From the NCBI GenBank assembly GCA_031425655.1, contig JANPJS010000114.1, positions 1 through 58,435 on the forward strand: DNA of 58,435 bases. The letters are read 5' to 3'. Numbering within the stretch: the stretch's first letter is position 1; each line of letters starts with the position of its first letter. The translations under genes and the position numbers were made by a program. The DNA is from Abditibacteriaceae bacterium. GTDB taxonomy: Bacteria; Armatimonadota; Abditibacteriia; Abditibacteriales; Abditibacteriaceae. Below, piece by piece: positions 18,772 through 28,593 of this stretch. The notes beneath the pieces are model-generated. The model did no database searches and was not told the DNA's origin. It was given only the letters and a program-made list of their open reading frames with translations.

Positions 18772-19014
18772 TAGTATTTACTTGTCGTCCTTCCCATGTG
18801 CTGTTGTGCAACAATTACGCTCATAGCGAAATAAGAATGCTTCAAAACGATGTGTTCAAAGATCGTGTATCAAGTAAAAAAGCCCGCACGGAGTATAGAA
18901 CCTCGGTTGCGAATGCCAGCCATGCGTATTCGTTGCCGCCCAATTTAACTCGTGCCCAATAAGCACGAATTTAAGCGTTCGGGACGCTTAAATTCTCAGG
19001 CCCACGTTCTTTCC

Positions 19015-19046
19015 AAACGGCGACTGCGAAAATGCAGTCGCCGTTT
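19015..19046 (+). terminator. Intrinsic terminator
   Basis: AAACGGCGACTGC-GAAAAT-GCAGTCGCCGTTTT. Confidence 0.7.
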
Positions 19047-19074
19047 TGTCGTTTGTGTTGGCTAAACTACGGGC

Positions 19075-20901
19075 ATGACCACCGAAAGCGCGGCGCCCGC
19101 CGCTTTGCCCAGACGCCACGAAGTCGCAACCGAACTGACTTGGGATTTATCGCCGGTTTACGCCGATGACGCGGCATGGGAAACCGATTTTTCGCGTATC
19201 GAGCAGCTTTGCAGCGAGTTTTCGCCGCTGCAAGGCACACTTTCGCAATCGCCGCAAGCGCTGCTGCACGCGCTGCGAATGCGCGATGAGCTTGGCATTC
19301 TTTTCGACCAGCTTTATTCGTATGCCAGCTTGCGGCGCAGCGAAGACAACGCCAATCCGCAATCGCAGGGCCGCGCCGACCGTGCATTGATGCTTTACAC
19401 CAAAGTCGGCAGCGCAACAGCTTGGGTCGAGCCGGAAATTTTGGCGATTCCTTCGAGCGTGGTGCGCGACTTTATTCAGCAGGAAAACGGCCTAAAAGCC
19501 TACGATTTTTATCTGCAAACGCTCGAAGCGCGCCGCCCGCACGTTCGCAGCGCCGAAGTCGAAGATGTTTTAGCCCAAGCCGGCGAAGCGCTTGGTTCCA
19601 GCGGCAACGCCTTCAAATTATTCAACAACGCCGACTTGAAATTTCCCTCGATCCGCGATGAAAATGGGCGCGATGTCGAGCTATCGCATGGCCGTTATCT
19701 CTCGTTTTTGGAAAGCCGCGACCGAACGGTGCGCGAAACCGCTTTTCGCGCCATGCACGGCGAATATTCCAAGTGGAAAAACACGCTTGCCGCAACGCTT
19801 TCGGGCAACGTCAAGGCGCACGTTTTCAACGCGCGCGTGCGCGGCTACGAATCGGCCTTAGACGCTTCACTCAGCCAAAACCTGATTCCGGTTCCGGTTT
19901 ACGGCAACCTCATCGCCGCCGTGCGCGAACGCCTGCCGGTTTTGCATCGCTATCTGCGGCTTCGCAAAAAGCTGCTCAATTTGCCCGATTTGCAATTGTG
20001 GGATTTATATGTGCCGATGGTGGGCGAAGTCGAGCGGCCCGTTAGCATCGAAGAAGCGAAAAAAGCGGTTATAGACGCCGCCGCGCCATTGGGCGACGAT
20101 TACGTGCAGATTCTGCGCGGCGGCTTCGAGGCGCGTTGGGTGGATTGGATCGAAAACCAGAACAAAACCAGCGGCGCTTTTTCCGACGGCGCGTATTCGA
20201 CGCCGCCTTATATCTTGATGAACTGGCAGGACGATTTGCACCGCACCTTCACTCTCGCCCACGAATTCGGGCACTCGCTGCATTCGCACTTAACGCGGCA
20301 AACGCAGCCATATATTTACGCAGATTATACGTTGTTCGTCGCCGAAGTCGCCAGCACGCTCAATGAAGCGCTGTTGACCCACCATTTGGTGGAACAGGCT
20401 AAGCGCGATGGCGACCGCGATTTAGAATTGTATCTGCTCAATCACTACGCCGAGGGCTTCCGCACCACGCTTTATCGCCAAACCATGTTCGCCGAATTCG
20501 AGCAGCGCATTCACGCGATGTTCGAGGCCGGCGAAGCTCTCACCGCCGAAGCCATGAGCGCGTCTTACAAAAGCTTGAACGACGATTTTTACGGCGCCGA
20601 AGTGATTGTAGATGACTGCGTTTCCATCGAATGGGCGCGCATTCCTCACTTTTATTACAACTTTTACGTTTATCAATACGCGACCGGCATTTCGGCGGCG
20701 ACGGCGTTGGCCGCGCAAATCATAAAAGAAGGCGCACCGGCTGTCGAGCGCTATTTGAACTTCCTACGCGGCGGCAGCAGCGACACCAGCATCAATTTGC
20801 TGCGCGGCGCCGGAGTTGACATGGCAACGCCCGCTCCGATTCATCAAGCGCTGGATGCCTTCGATGCGACTGTTGCGCGCATGGAAGAGTTGGCTTCCTG
20901 A
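19075..20901 (+). CDS. pepF: Oligoendopeptidase F (M3B)
   Basis: TWDLS, KTSGAFS, TLAHEFGHSLHS, AEVASTLNE, WARIPHFYYNFYVYQYATG. Confidence 0.95.
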   Translation: MTTESAAPAALPRRHEVATELTWDLSPVYADDAAWETDFSRIEQLCSEFSPLQGTLSQSPQALLHALRMRDELGILFDQLYSYASLRRSEDNANPQSQGRADRALMLYTKVGSATAWVEPEILAIPSSVVRDFIQQENGLKAYDFYLQTLEARRPHVRSAEVEDVLAQAGEALGSSGNAFKLFNNADLKFPSIRDENGRDVELSHGRYLSFLESRDRTVRETAFRAMHGEYSKWKNTLAATLSGNVKAHVFNARVRGYESALDASLSQNLIPVPVYGNLIAAVRERLPVLHRYLRLRKKLLNLPDLQLWDLYVPMVGEVERPVSIEEAKKAVIDAAAPLGDDYVQILRGGFEARWVDWIENQNKTSGAFSDGAYSTPPYILMNWQDDLHRTFTLAHEFGHSLHSHLTRQTQPYIYADYTLFVAEVASTLNEALLTHHLVEQAKRDGDRDLELYLLNHYAEGFRTTLYRQTMFAEFEQRIHAMFEAGEALTAEAMSASYKSLNDDFYGAEVIVDDCVSIEWARIPHFYYNFYVYQYATGISAATALAAQIIKEGAPAVERYLNFLRGGSSDTSINLLRGAGVDMATPAPIHQALDAFDATVARMEELAS

Positions 20902-20906
20902 TTTTC

Positions 20907-20982
20907 AACCACCGATGAACGCGGATGAACACGGATAAACGCCGATATTTTTGCATTGAAATATCAGCGTTCATCAGCGGTT
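20907..20982. repeat. REP-like palindrome of ~10-mer units
   Basis: AACCACCGATGAACGCGGATGAACACGGATAAACGCCGAT...ATCAGCGTTCATCAGCGGTT. Confidence 0.75.
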
Positions 20983-20991
20983 TTTATTTTT

Positions 20992-21630
20992 ATGGCAAAA
21001 CTCAACACTCTCACGCCCGCCCGCTTGCGCGCCGCCGAAAAGCATTTGCGCGGCTGTGATGAAAAATTAGGCGTGATCGTCGCGCGGCACGGCGCGCCAG
21101 AAATGCACTGCGAATCGGATGCGTGGAAGGCGTTGGCAGGCAGTATCATGGGCCAGCAAATTTCGGTTCACGCGGCGCGGGCGATTCGCAATCGCGTAGC
21201 CGCACTGGGCGAAAACGGCGCGTTTCCGACGCCGGCTCATCTCTTGGCTTTGCCCGACGAAACGCTGCGCAGCGCCGGGCTTTCCGGCAATAAAGTGCTG
21301 GCTTTGCGCGATTTGGCGCGGCATTTTGTCGAAGAAAAAATCGCCTCCGACCAATTCGCGAGAATGGACGACGAAGCCATCATCGCGGCGCTGTTACCAA
21401 TTCGCGGCATCGGGCGCTGGACAGCCGAAATGTTCCTCATTTTTTCATTGGGACGGCCTGACGTGCTGGCCGTTGACGACTGGGGGCTTCGCATGGCCGC
21501 TAAACGCCTCTACGAGTTGCCGGAGCCGCCCAAAGCCGCCGAGTTTCGCGCCTTAGCCGAGCCGTGGCGCCCCTTTCGCAGCGTGGCGAGCTGGTATTTA
21601 TGGCGTTCGCTCGATAATGAGCCGAAGTAA
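20992..21630 (+). CDS. DNA-3-methyladenine glycosylase II (AlkA family, HhH-GPD)
   Basis: IMGQQIS, GLSGNK, RGIGRWTAEMFLIF, DDWGLR, WRPFRSVASWYLW. Confidence 0.92.
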   Translation: MAKLNTLTPARLRAAEKHLRGCDEKLGVIVARHGAPEMHCESDAWKALAGSIMGQQISVHAARAIRNRVAALGENGAFPTPAHLLALPDETLRSAGLSGNKVLALRDLARHFVEEKIASDQFARMDDEAIIAALLPIRGIGRWTAEMFLIFSLGRPDVLAVDDWGLRMAAKRLYELPEPPKAAEFRALAEPWRPFRSVASWYLWRSLDNEPK

Positions 21631-21639
21631 AACGCATAG

Positions 21640-21751
21640 TTTCAATGGAACACGGATTACACGGAAACGACCACGGGTTTTCACAGATCAGGCAAAAGAA
21701 AAATCCGTGTTAATCCGTGGCCGTTTCTGTGAAATCCGTGTCCCATTGAAA
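21640..21751. repeat. TTTCAATGGAACACGG-family palindrome (copy 2)
   Basis: Same termini as 9104-9227. Confidence 0.85.
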
Positions 21752-21756
21752 ATAAT

Positions 21757-22890
21757 ATGAAACGAAAACGACGCGTGCTTATCGCCGCCACAATTTTAAT
21801 CGTGCTTTGCGGTGCGGCATATTTCGCCAAGCAGCGTTGGCTCAACGACACGCGCGCTTTGCAAATTACCGTCGCTCCGAACACACCGGCACCGCTGGCG
21901 AAGTGGCCGTGGCCCAAAGCCAAAAGCGATGCTCCGGCGCGCGGCGTGAAGCATTGGATAGACAAATCTTCGTCCGATGGCACCGTTGTCGAACTGCTCG
22001 AATTCGACTTCAAGGCGAATCCAAAATTGCGCTTTGCAATGTTCGACCAGGATTCCGACGACGCCAAGCCCTGGGATAATCACTGTCTTTACTGGCCGCG
22101 CGGTGCCGGACAGATGACGCAACAGTTGAACGGTAAAAGTCAGCGCGTCGTGGCGTTGTGGAACGGGTTATTTTTCGGTTATCACGGCGGCTCGAAATGG
22201 GACAAAAAGAATGCGTTTCACGTTTCTCCCGTCGTTCTAAATGGAAAAGTGCATGACTGGGGCGCCAATCATCGCTGGACTTTTGGCGTGAAATACGTCA
22301 ACGGCAAGCCGGTTTTCAAGACGTTTCATAAGCCGTCGCGCGAGGTTTTAGCGAAAGAATTCGATTTCGGCGGCGGCAGCGCACAAGGTCTGATCAAAGA
22401 CGGCAAACCGCTGAAATTGCGTCCGCCCGGCTTGCCGAAACTGAAACAGCCCGTCGCTTCGACGCCGCAGGAAGCCGGACACATTCCCGATTTCGACCAT
22501 ATGCGCTCGTGTCGCGCCAGCATCGGTTGGACGAAAGACAATTCCAAACTCTATTTGCTCTTTGTGAAAGAGCCGGATTCGGAAAGCGCCAGTATTTTGG
22601 CCGCGCGGCATGGCGCCGGTTGGATGGGCGTGAGCTTGTGGGGCGGCTGGACGGTGGCCGACGTGCAGCGTTTCTGGCTGGCCAAAGGCGTCTGGGGCGC
22701 GGTTAATTCCGACGCCGGTGATGTCGCGCAATTATCGCTTTTGCGCCCCGACGGCGACTATGATCTGGTGCCGCCGCGTCAAGGTTCGGACAAGATGCGC
22801 TTGAAAATGAAGCCCGATTTCAAAGGCGCTCCGCACGGCGGCGCGCTGATGTATTTTTATGTTGTGGAAGAGAATAAGTTGGGGCGCTGA
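21757..22890 (+). CDS. Membrane-anchored protein, possibly phosphodiester glycosidase (NAGPA)-like
   Basis: N-terminal TM; NGLFF, RSCRASIGW, AVNSDAG resemble NG.FF / PRTAIG / ALNLDGG. Confidence 0.6.
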   Translation: MKRKRRVLIAATILIVLCGAAYFAKQRWLNDTRALQITVAPNTPAPLAKWPWPKAKSDAPARGVKHWIDKSSSDGTVVELLEFDFKANPKLRFAMFDQDSDDAKPWDNHCLYWPRGAGQMTQQLNGKSQRVVALWNGLFFGYHGGSKWDKKNAFHVSPVVLNGKVHDWGANHRWTFGVKYVNGKPVFKTFHKPSREVLAKEFDFGGGSAQGLIKDGKPLKLRPPGLPKLKQPVASTPQEAGHIPDFDHMRSCRASIGWTKDNSKLYLLFVKEPDSESASILAARHGAGWMGVSLWGGWTVADVQRFWLAKGVWGAVNSDAGDVAQLSLLRPDGDYDLVPPRQGSDKMRLKMKPDFKGAPHGGALMYFYVVEENKLGR

Positions 22891-24256
22891 TGGAAATAGT
22901 TGCGGAGCCGCTATTTTTGCGGCGTGATTTGGCGGGTGCTTTATGTGGCGTCGCGGCTTTGGCGGGCACCGCATTCGGCAACGCATGAAAATAAACCCGC
23001 GCTTCCTTTTCCTCGAACTGAATGCGATAAAAACCGCTGCCATCCGGCACGGGTTTGATCCAATTATCGGCTTGCTCCCAATACGTCGTAGTCCACGGAA
23101 GGTAAGCAATCGGCTTGCGTGTCTTGTCCAAGACGACTAAAGCTTTTTCGCCTTCGCCCATAGTGATCGGATCGCGCATCCGGGACTTTCCCTCCACCAC
23201 GAAGCGTTTGGCGGGTGATTTGGACTCGCGTTGCCATAACAAATAGAAATGGCTTTGTGTATCAAAATACACGGCGGGCGTTATCTGATTTGCATCCAGT
23301 TTCAAGACTTCAAGCCATTTGGGTTCCTTAGCTTGCAGGTCAATAAAGGGCGCGCCCTTTTCTTTGCCATCTTCCCACAACCACAATTTGTGGACTTTCC
23401 AAGTGTTCATATTCAAATCAGTATCATATTGCCAAACCTTGCCATTCGGAGAAAAGCGAGGCAAGAGTTGCTTTTGAAGGGGATCGGAGATTCGTAAATC
23501 GAGCAGTTCTTTCCCATTACTACTCAAAAGAAGTTCGAGGCGAGTGCGAATGCGGTTGCTTCCATTGCCCAAACTACTTTTAACATCTTCGCCCGTAAAA
23601 CTTAATAACATCTTGTCACCGGCACTCTCGGTGAAGTTTAATCCCCAATTCCATTGCTTCGTGAAATCGAATTGCGGAGCGACCACAGCTAACCTGCTCA
23701 GTATGAAATTTGGCATTTTGCGACGCCAGTCGAGCAGCGGTTTGGTTTTGTCCTTTTGACCTTGACGGCACATGATGACAGGCAATCCTCCCAAACCAAA
23801 ACCTTCCTCACGGGCACCGATCCACAAATGTCCATCTTTTGTGGTCGCCATGTAATCCACATTTCCGATGCTAAGAGGCCCCCAACTCTCGTGCAGCTTG
23901 CCGAGTTTGTCATAACAACGCAACATCCCGCTGCCAAAGGTAGTTGGATCATAAAAATAAAAGTTGCCTTGCCAGTCGGCAGCAACTAACCGCCCAATTC
24001 CAACATGCATCTCATCCTCAAAGAGTGCTGCGCGGTAAGGAACACCCTGAATGTGCCGTTGGAACAAATGATAGGGTAAGCGCAGCACCAAACGGCCTAC
24101 TGAAATGGGAAGTTGGGGAGCAAAAACCGTGGACGCAGATTTGGTAGTTTGTGATTTGGCATGAGCATTGGAGGGGCACACGCACATTCCGCACCACAAC
24201 GCGGTTAGAACCACGAGACATACACTGATTTTTAAAATCAGTTGCTTGTTGTTCAT
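22820..24256 (-). CDS. Secreted hypothetical protein (beta-rich; candidate partner/immunity)
   Basis: Signal peptide AHA-K; ATGA overlap with the stop of the upstream 960-aa gene; AT-richer. Confidence 0.78.
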   Translation of the reverse strand: MNNKQLILKISVCLVVLTALWCGMCVCPSNAHAKSQTTKSASTVFAPQLPISVGRLVLRLPYHLFQRHIQGVPYRAALFEDEMHVGIGRLVAADWQGNFYFYDPTTFGSGMLRCYDKLGKLHESWGPLSIGNVDYMATTKDGHLWIGAREEGFGLGGLPVIMCRQGQKDKTKPLLDWRRKMPNFILSRLAVVAPQFDFTKQWNWGLNFTESAGDKMLLSFTGEDVKSSLGNGSNRIRTRLELLLSSNGKELLDLRISDPLQKQLLPRFSPNGKVWQYDTDLNMNTWKVHKLWLWEDGKEKGAPFIDLQAKEPKWLEVLKLDANQITPAVYFDTQSHFYLLWQRESKSPAKRFVVEGKSRMRDPITMGEGEKALVVLDKTRKPIAYLPWTTTYWEQADNWIKPVPDGSGFYRIQFEEKEARVYFHALPNAVPAKAATPHKAPAKSRRKNSGSATISISAPTYSLPQHKNTSARRRAERL

Positions 24257-27135
24257 GGCGCCACCCATCTGCGATACACAGCATTTCTATCGCGCAAGAA
24301 CTTCCCGCCTCTTGAGTATTCCTGAACTTTGTTCCATTGAGCCGATTGGTTGTCTTCCGCCGGTTTGGCTTCAATAGTCTGCGCCTTATCAATTCCCGTG
24401 ACTCGACCTAACGCGTCATGTAAAAGAGACGGAGCAGATATCAAATAAACGACATGTCCAGAATATGGAATGAAGTCGCCTTCCCGCAGGTGCCGGATAT
24501 CTTTCACCTCGACGCCATTGGTCTTCAAGGCACCTGCACTTGGACCATCGCCTGGGGAAAACCAAATCCCTGACAAGTTAGCGACTTCCGTAACGAATCC
24601 ATTGCAATCAACACCATACCCTGCCCGTGTTTTGCTCATACCCATCTTGCAGATTCCGTCGGGAATGGAATTTGCCAAGTCGGAAAGGGTATAACTTGTC
24701 GACGTAGCGCTCTGGCGTCCACCAAAAGTCTGGCCTCCCCAGCTATACGGCACATTCAAAAACGCATAGGCATTTCTCACGAGGTCAGTCTGAAACTCCC
24801 CTTGTTTCGTTCTTTTCTGAATGTCGGCCAAAACGTCAGCATTATGATTATCTATTTGCGCCTGTGTAGGACTGGGTGGCAGCGGAGTTGGTGGCGGAAA
24901 CATCGGATCATGGGCAGCAAAATTTACGACGGCCCAAATGGGCATACCGGAAATCCGGCCCGTCCAGCCACTGACCGAGGGCGCAGTGACTTGAGGGTTC
25001 GGCAGCCACAGGTGCTGTTTTGTCGCCTGCGCTCCGTCCAGATAATTGAGAATGTTGTAGCGATTGAGGCCGGAAACCAAGTTGGCTCCTTGATACTCCG
25101 CGTTGTTGTTCTCCCATGCCGTTAAATGCACGCCGCCAGCCCGGTCTGTCGGCAAATCGTAATTGAGGGTTTTCGTTTCGGCGGCGCCATTAGCGCCACG
25201 CCAAACGCCCCTCCAACTAACGCGTGCACCCCACCAATGCGTGCCTTGAGTAAGAAGCCTTTCAAATTTAAAACCGCTGCCGCCTCCCGACAATGGCACC
25301 ATGCCATACCAACGGTATTTGCCTGGATGCTGTTGAATTGTTCGGTTCTCAAACTCCCGCCATGTTATGACGGGATGAAGCGAGCCAGCCGCTTTCCAAG
25401 AGTCCGCGATTTTTCTCACGTCGGCTGGAAACGACGCTGCGCCTTCAATGCCCCCTGCCCCAATCCACGCGTATTTTGACAAGTCGCTAATTTTCTCGTT
25501 GGAATACCATTTTATTTGATATGTCCCCGGCTTTGTCATTGTCTTGATACGCAGGAAGGCGCGAAAGCCGATGGTGATGCCTACCGCAAGTCGGCGTGAG
25601 TTTTCAACTGTCGCAACTGATCCCCCAGGGTTCGTGGCGTCGAAACCGAGGGCAATACCGGTTACAACCGGCTTGGTGTCTGCCACCTGCTTCGCGGCAA
25701 CTGCGGTGCGGCCAAAATTGCCTTTTACAGGAGCAATGCCGCCAGCTACCAGAATCCAATCACCCATCTTTTCCACGCTGTCCTGTTTCAACGTCCACGT
25801 TCCAATCCACCAATCGCCATCTTTTGTCAGAGCAACTTCATCTTCAGGAACGAAATCGGGCTTGACCAACTTGAGATAGGTGCTGTCCAAAGAGGCTATT
25901 GCACCGGCTGGATCGACAAACTTGAGCTTGATACGCACTTTGATTCCGTCATCGGTTGTGCCCGTCAAGGCTTTGGCGTTGCGGGCAGATGACGGCTTGA
26001 TTTTCATCGCAGCGGCAGCGTCCGCATCGTCTAACACTTCAAATTGCAGGTCGCGCACCAATACGTTTTGATTGAGGCGTTCCTTTTCTTCACCAGTGCC
26101 CGTCAATCCAATGTTTTGCTCCGCACTTGGAGGTTGTGCAGGGTCGAAGGTGCCCTCCAACTCAATGTTGTATTGATACGTCCCGCTGGCAGGCTTCGTA
26201 GTAGGAAATAGGTCATCCCATGTTACATCGGTGTTGGTTGTTTCAAAGGTCGCCAAGGGAGTGCCCAAAGCTCCATTTCCAACGGGGATTGGGTAAACCT
26301 TGACTGTAGCTTTCCAAGTCTGGTAACCAACCACGCGCACGCCAAAGTGGATGACTGGATGCTCTACCGAGGCATCGGGCGTCGGCGTTAAGGTGGTTGG
26401 CGCTTCGCTCTCCGGTTCCCAACCTGACGGCTCACTATAGACCTCAGTTGATGGATCCGACGACCCTGACTCGTCGAGGTCGCCCTCCTCCGCTTCTTGC
26501 GTTCCCGGCGCATCTTCTGTCGAGGCTTCCGCTGTAATCAAGGGAATTACCGGCTCGTCCATTGGTATTTGCGGAGCGCGATAAGTAATGAAATTGGGAT
26601 CGCTGGCGCGCAACTGAAGGATAGTGTCAATGACTTCCCCGCCACCGTCGTAGGCGAAAAAAGTAAGGCCGTCCACGTCCACACCCGAAGTGAGGAATGT
26701 GTTGCTGTAAGTGATTTTGATCTTGTATAGGCGATTGGCCTGCCAAGCATAGGAAACCTCAAAGAACGACTGGTTCAAATCGGGAAGAGCCTGGCCTTTG
26801 TCCAATTTGTCATGCTTGACGACACCATCCACCTCCAGGCGAACACCGTCGTCGCTGAACAAGGCGATTTTGGTGTCGTTGGAAGTCGGTTTGAAATAGC
26901 CCTCAAAGGTTTCCCGAAAAGGCAGGCTGGTGGGTGTGTTTGGGTATTTGGGCCAGTTCACAATCTGTTGCTGCGCTGCGGTCCGTGTGGCGACAATGTC
27001 TCCGTCGCCCATGTTCATGAAGGCATCGGACAAACCCAGCACGGCGTGAGCCGGACGCGGTGATAGAAGCATGGCCGCAGCCAAAATCATGGCCAAAAAG
27101 CCACGGCGGAAAATTTGTAAAAAGTGCGTCGTCAT
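24253..27135 (-). CDS. Secreted multidomain protein: PA14-like + Ig-like + C-terminal NlpC/P60
   Basis: Signal peptide AHA-V; FSDDGVRLEVDG (PA14); VTWD...SGTYQYNI (FlgD/Ig-like); VPYSWGG...GVDCNGFV...GDF...GHV. Confidence 0.8.
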   Translation of the reverse strand: MTTHFLQIFRRGFLAMILAAAMLLSPRPAHAVLGLSDAFMNMGDGDIVATRTAAQQQIVNWPKYPNTPTSLPFRETFEGYFKPTSNDTKIALFSDDGVRLEVDGVVKHDKLDKGQALPDLNQSFFEVSYAWQANRLYKIKITYSNTFLTSGVDVDGLTFFAYDGGGEVIDTILQLRASDPNFITYRAPQIPMDEPVIPLITAEASTEDAPGTQEAEEGDLDESGSSDPSTEVYSEPSGWEPESEAPTTLTPTPDASVEHPVIHFGVRVVGYQTWKATVKVYPIPVGNGALGTPLATFETTNTDVTWDDLFPTTKPASGTYQYNIELEGTFDPAQPPSAEQNIGLTGTGEEKERLNQNVLVRDLQFEVLDDADAAAAMKIKPSSARNAKALTGTTDDGIKVRIKLKFVDPAGAIASLDSTYLKLVKPDFVPEDEVALTKDGDWWIGTWTLKQDSVEKMGDWILVAGGIAPVKGNFGRTAVAAKQVADTKPVVTGIALGFDATNPGGSVATVENSRRLAVGITIGFRAFLRIKTMTKPGTYQIKWYSNEKISDLSKYAWIGAGGIEGAASFPADVRKIADSWKAAGSLHPVITWREFENRTIQQHPGKYRWYGMVPLSGGGSGFKFERLLTQGTHWWGARVSWRGVWRGANGAAETKTLNYDLPTDRAGGVHLTAWENNNAEYQGANLVSGLNRYNILNYLDGAQATKQHLWLPNPQVTAPSVSGWTGRISGMPIWAVVNFAAHDPMFPPPTPLPPSPTQAQIDNHNADVLADIQKRTKQGEFQTDLVRNAYAFLNVPYSWGGQTFGGRQSATSTSYTLSDLANSIPDGICKMGMSKTRAGYGVDCNGFVTEVANLSGIWFSPGDGPSAGALKTNGVEVKDIRHLREGDFIPYSGHVVYLISAPSLLHDALGRVTGIDKAQTIEAKPAEDNQSAQWNKVQEYSRGGKFLRDRNAVYRRWVAP

Positions 27136-27177
27136 TGTTTTCTCCCTGACAGCAAGGCATTTGGGTTCGGAACCCGT

Positions 27178-27987
27178 TTATTTTTTCTGAGCCGGAACTG
27201 GCCCGGCAGTCTGCGTTTTGAGTTGTTTTTCATACTCCGGCAACAGCTTTCGCGCGCCCGACACGCTTCCGGTCGGGGAAATTTCCTTCACACAGTCAAT
27301 CGCTTCCTTCCAGCGCTTCTGTGTGGCCAGCATTTGGGCCATGTTCAACCGGGCAACATCGGCCACATTGGAACTTTTGGCGCTGACGACCAGAATCCGA
27401 CACGCTTCTATCGCCTTGTCGGGAACTTTGCCTGCCTGATAGGTTTGGATCATGGTCTGCAAAACTTCCTCAGGGCCGGGATAAACGGGTGGAGTGCGAT
27501 TGGCCCACTGCCATTGCGGCACCAAATAGGCGTCGCAAATATCAACTGCCAACGGCTCGTCTTTCAAGCGAACAAGGCAACATTGCACCGCCGTGCAAAC
27601 CAAAGCAACGCCTTGAAAGGCACGGTCTTCATCCCCGCTTTGCAGACACTCATTGGCCAGCTTCAAATGCTGCCCCACCAACAAATAACGAGCAGCATCG
27701 TTGGGTGCCTTGGCATATTGGGTCGCAGCCCAGCCAAACCCCTTCATCCAAGGCATTGCTGAAATGGTCTGTCCCGGTTTTTGTGTCTTCTCCGCTACAT
27801 GGCGAAAAACCTTTTGCTTCAGGGAAACCACCGAAGCCGACGGGTCAAGCAGCGGCCTTGAACCTGTGCCACTCGGAGCGGCAGACAACTTCTCTGGAGC
27901 AGCGCTGACAGAAGTGCCCCCGTGACCTGCAAAAGTCAGCACTGCGCCAAAGGCCAAAGTTTTCAGAATGTTTTGAGCGCGCATCAT
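27178..27987 (-). CDS. Secreted TPR-like helical protein
   Basis: Signal peptide, GGAG RBS, ARLNMAQMLATQKRWKEAI. Confidence 0.72.
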   Translation of the reverse strand: MMRAQNILKTLAFGAVLTFAGHGGTSVSAAPEKLSAAPSGTGSRPLLDPSASVVSLKQKVFRHVAEKTQKPGQTISAMPWMKGFGWAATQYAKAPNDAARYLLVGQHLKLANECLQSGDEDRAFQGVALVCTAVQCCLVRLKDEPLAVDICDAYLVPQWQWANRTPPVYPGPEEVLQTMIQTYQAGKVPDKAIEACRILVVSAKSSNVADVARLNMAQMLATQKRWKEAIDCVKEISPTGSVSGARKLLPEYEKQLKTQTAGPVPAQKK

Positions 27988-28593
27988 TGGTCTCCACACA
28001 TTTCACAAACGGGGCGTCCGCATCCGATTACGCCCGTGTGCTAATCCCTTCGACCGCGCTCCACTCGCCGATTGGTTCGTTGCCTTTGAGGTAGCGGATG
28101 CAGTATTCGCGGTGTTCGACTTGCCCGGCGGTCAGCGGCGGGCGGGTGTCAACGTAGGGGCTGGCGAGGGCTTTGTCGAGCGGCGTCCACGCCGTTTCGC
28201 CGTTGCGACGGCTTTCGATGAGGACGCCGGAGTAGGCGCCTTTGGCGAACTCGATTTGCACCTGATGGTTGGTCAGCGCGATCAATTTCTTGATCGTCGC
28301 CTGTGTGACTACCGGCGCAGCTTTGGGAATGATGTCCAACGCCTGCCCAATGGCTTCGGTATAACCGGGATGCTTGCGGATGCGGCTAATTAAATCGCGC
28401 GTGCGCTTCCACAGGCCGGGCGGCACCGCTTCGGGCGGCGACGGCAGCGCGGCGAGGCCGGGAAAAGCGCCCAACACGGCGCTGGCCGCGCTGTTTTCCA
28501 GCACCTTGCGGAAAGCACGCAGGTCGTCCAGATAAGTCTGTGCGCCGTCAATGGCGGTTTTAATGAGAAAACTGTAAAAGGCAGCATCTTTCT

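Larger units (their letters stand above)
17437..18962 (+). pseudogene. 175-aa hypothetical gene interrupted by IS982
   Basis: Joining 17437-17782 to 18781-18962 restores one frame: ...EDSPIVFTCRPSHVLLCNNYAHSEIRM...RAQ*. Confidence 0.8.
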
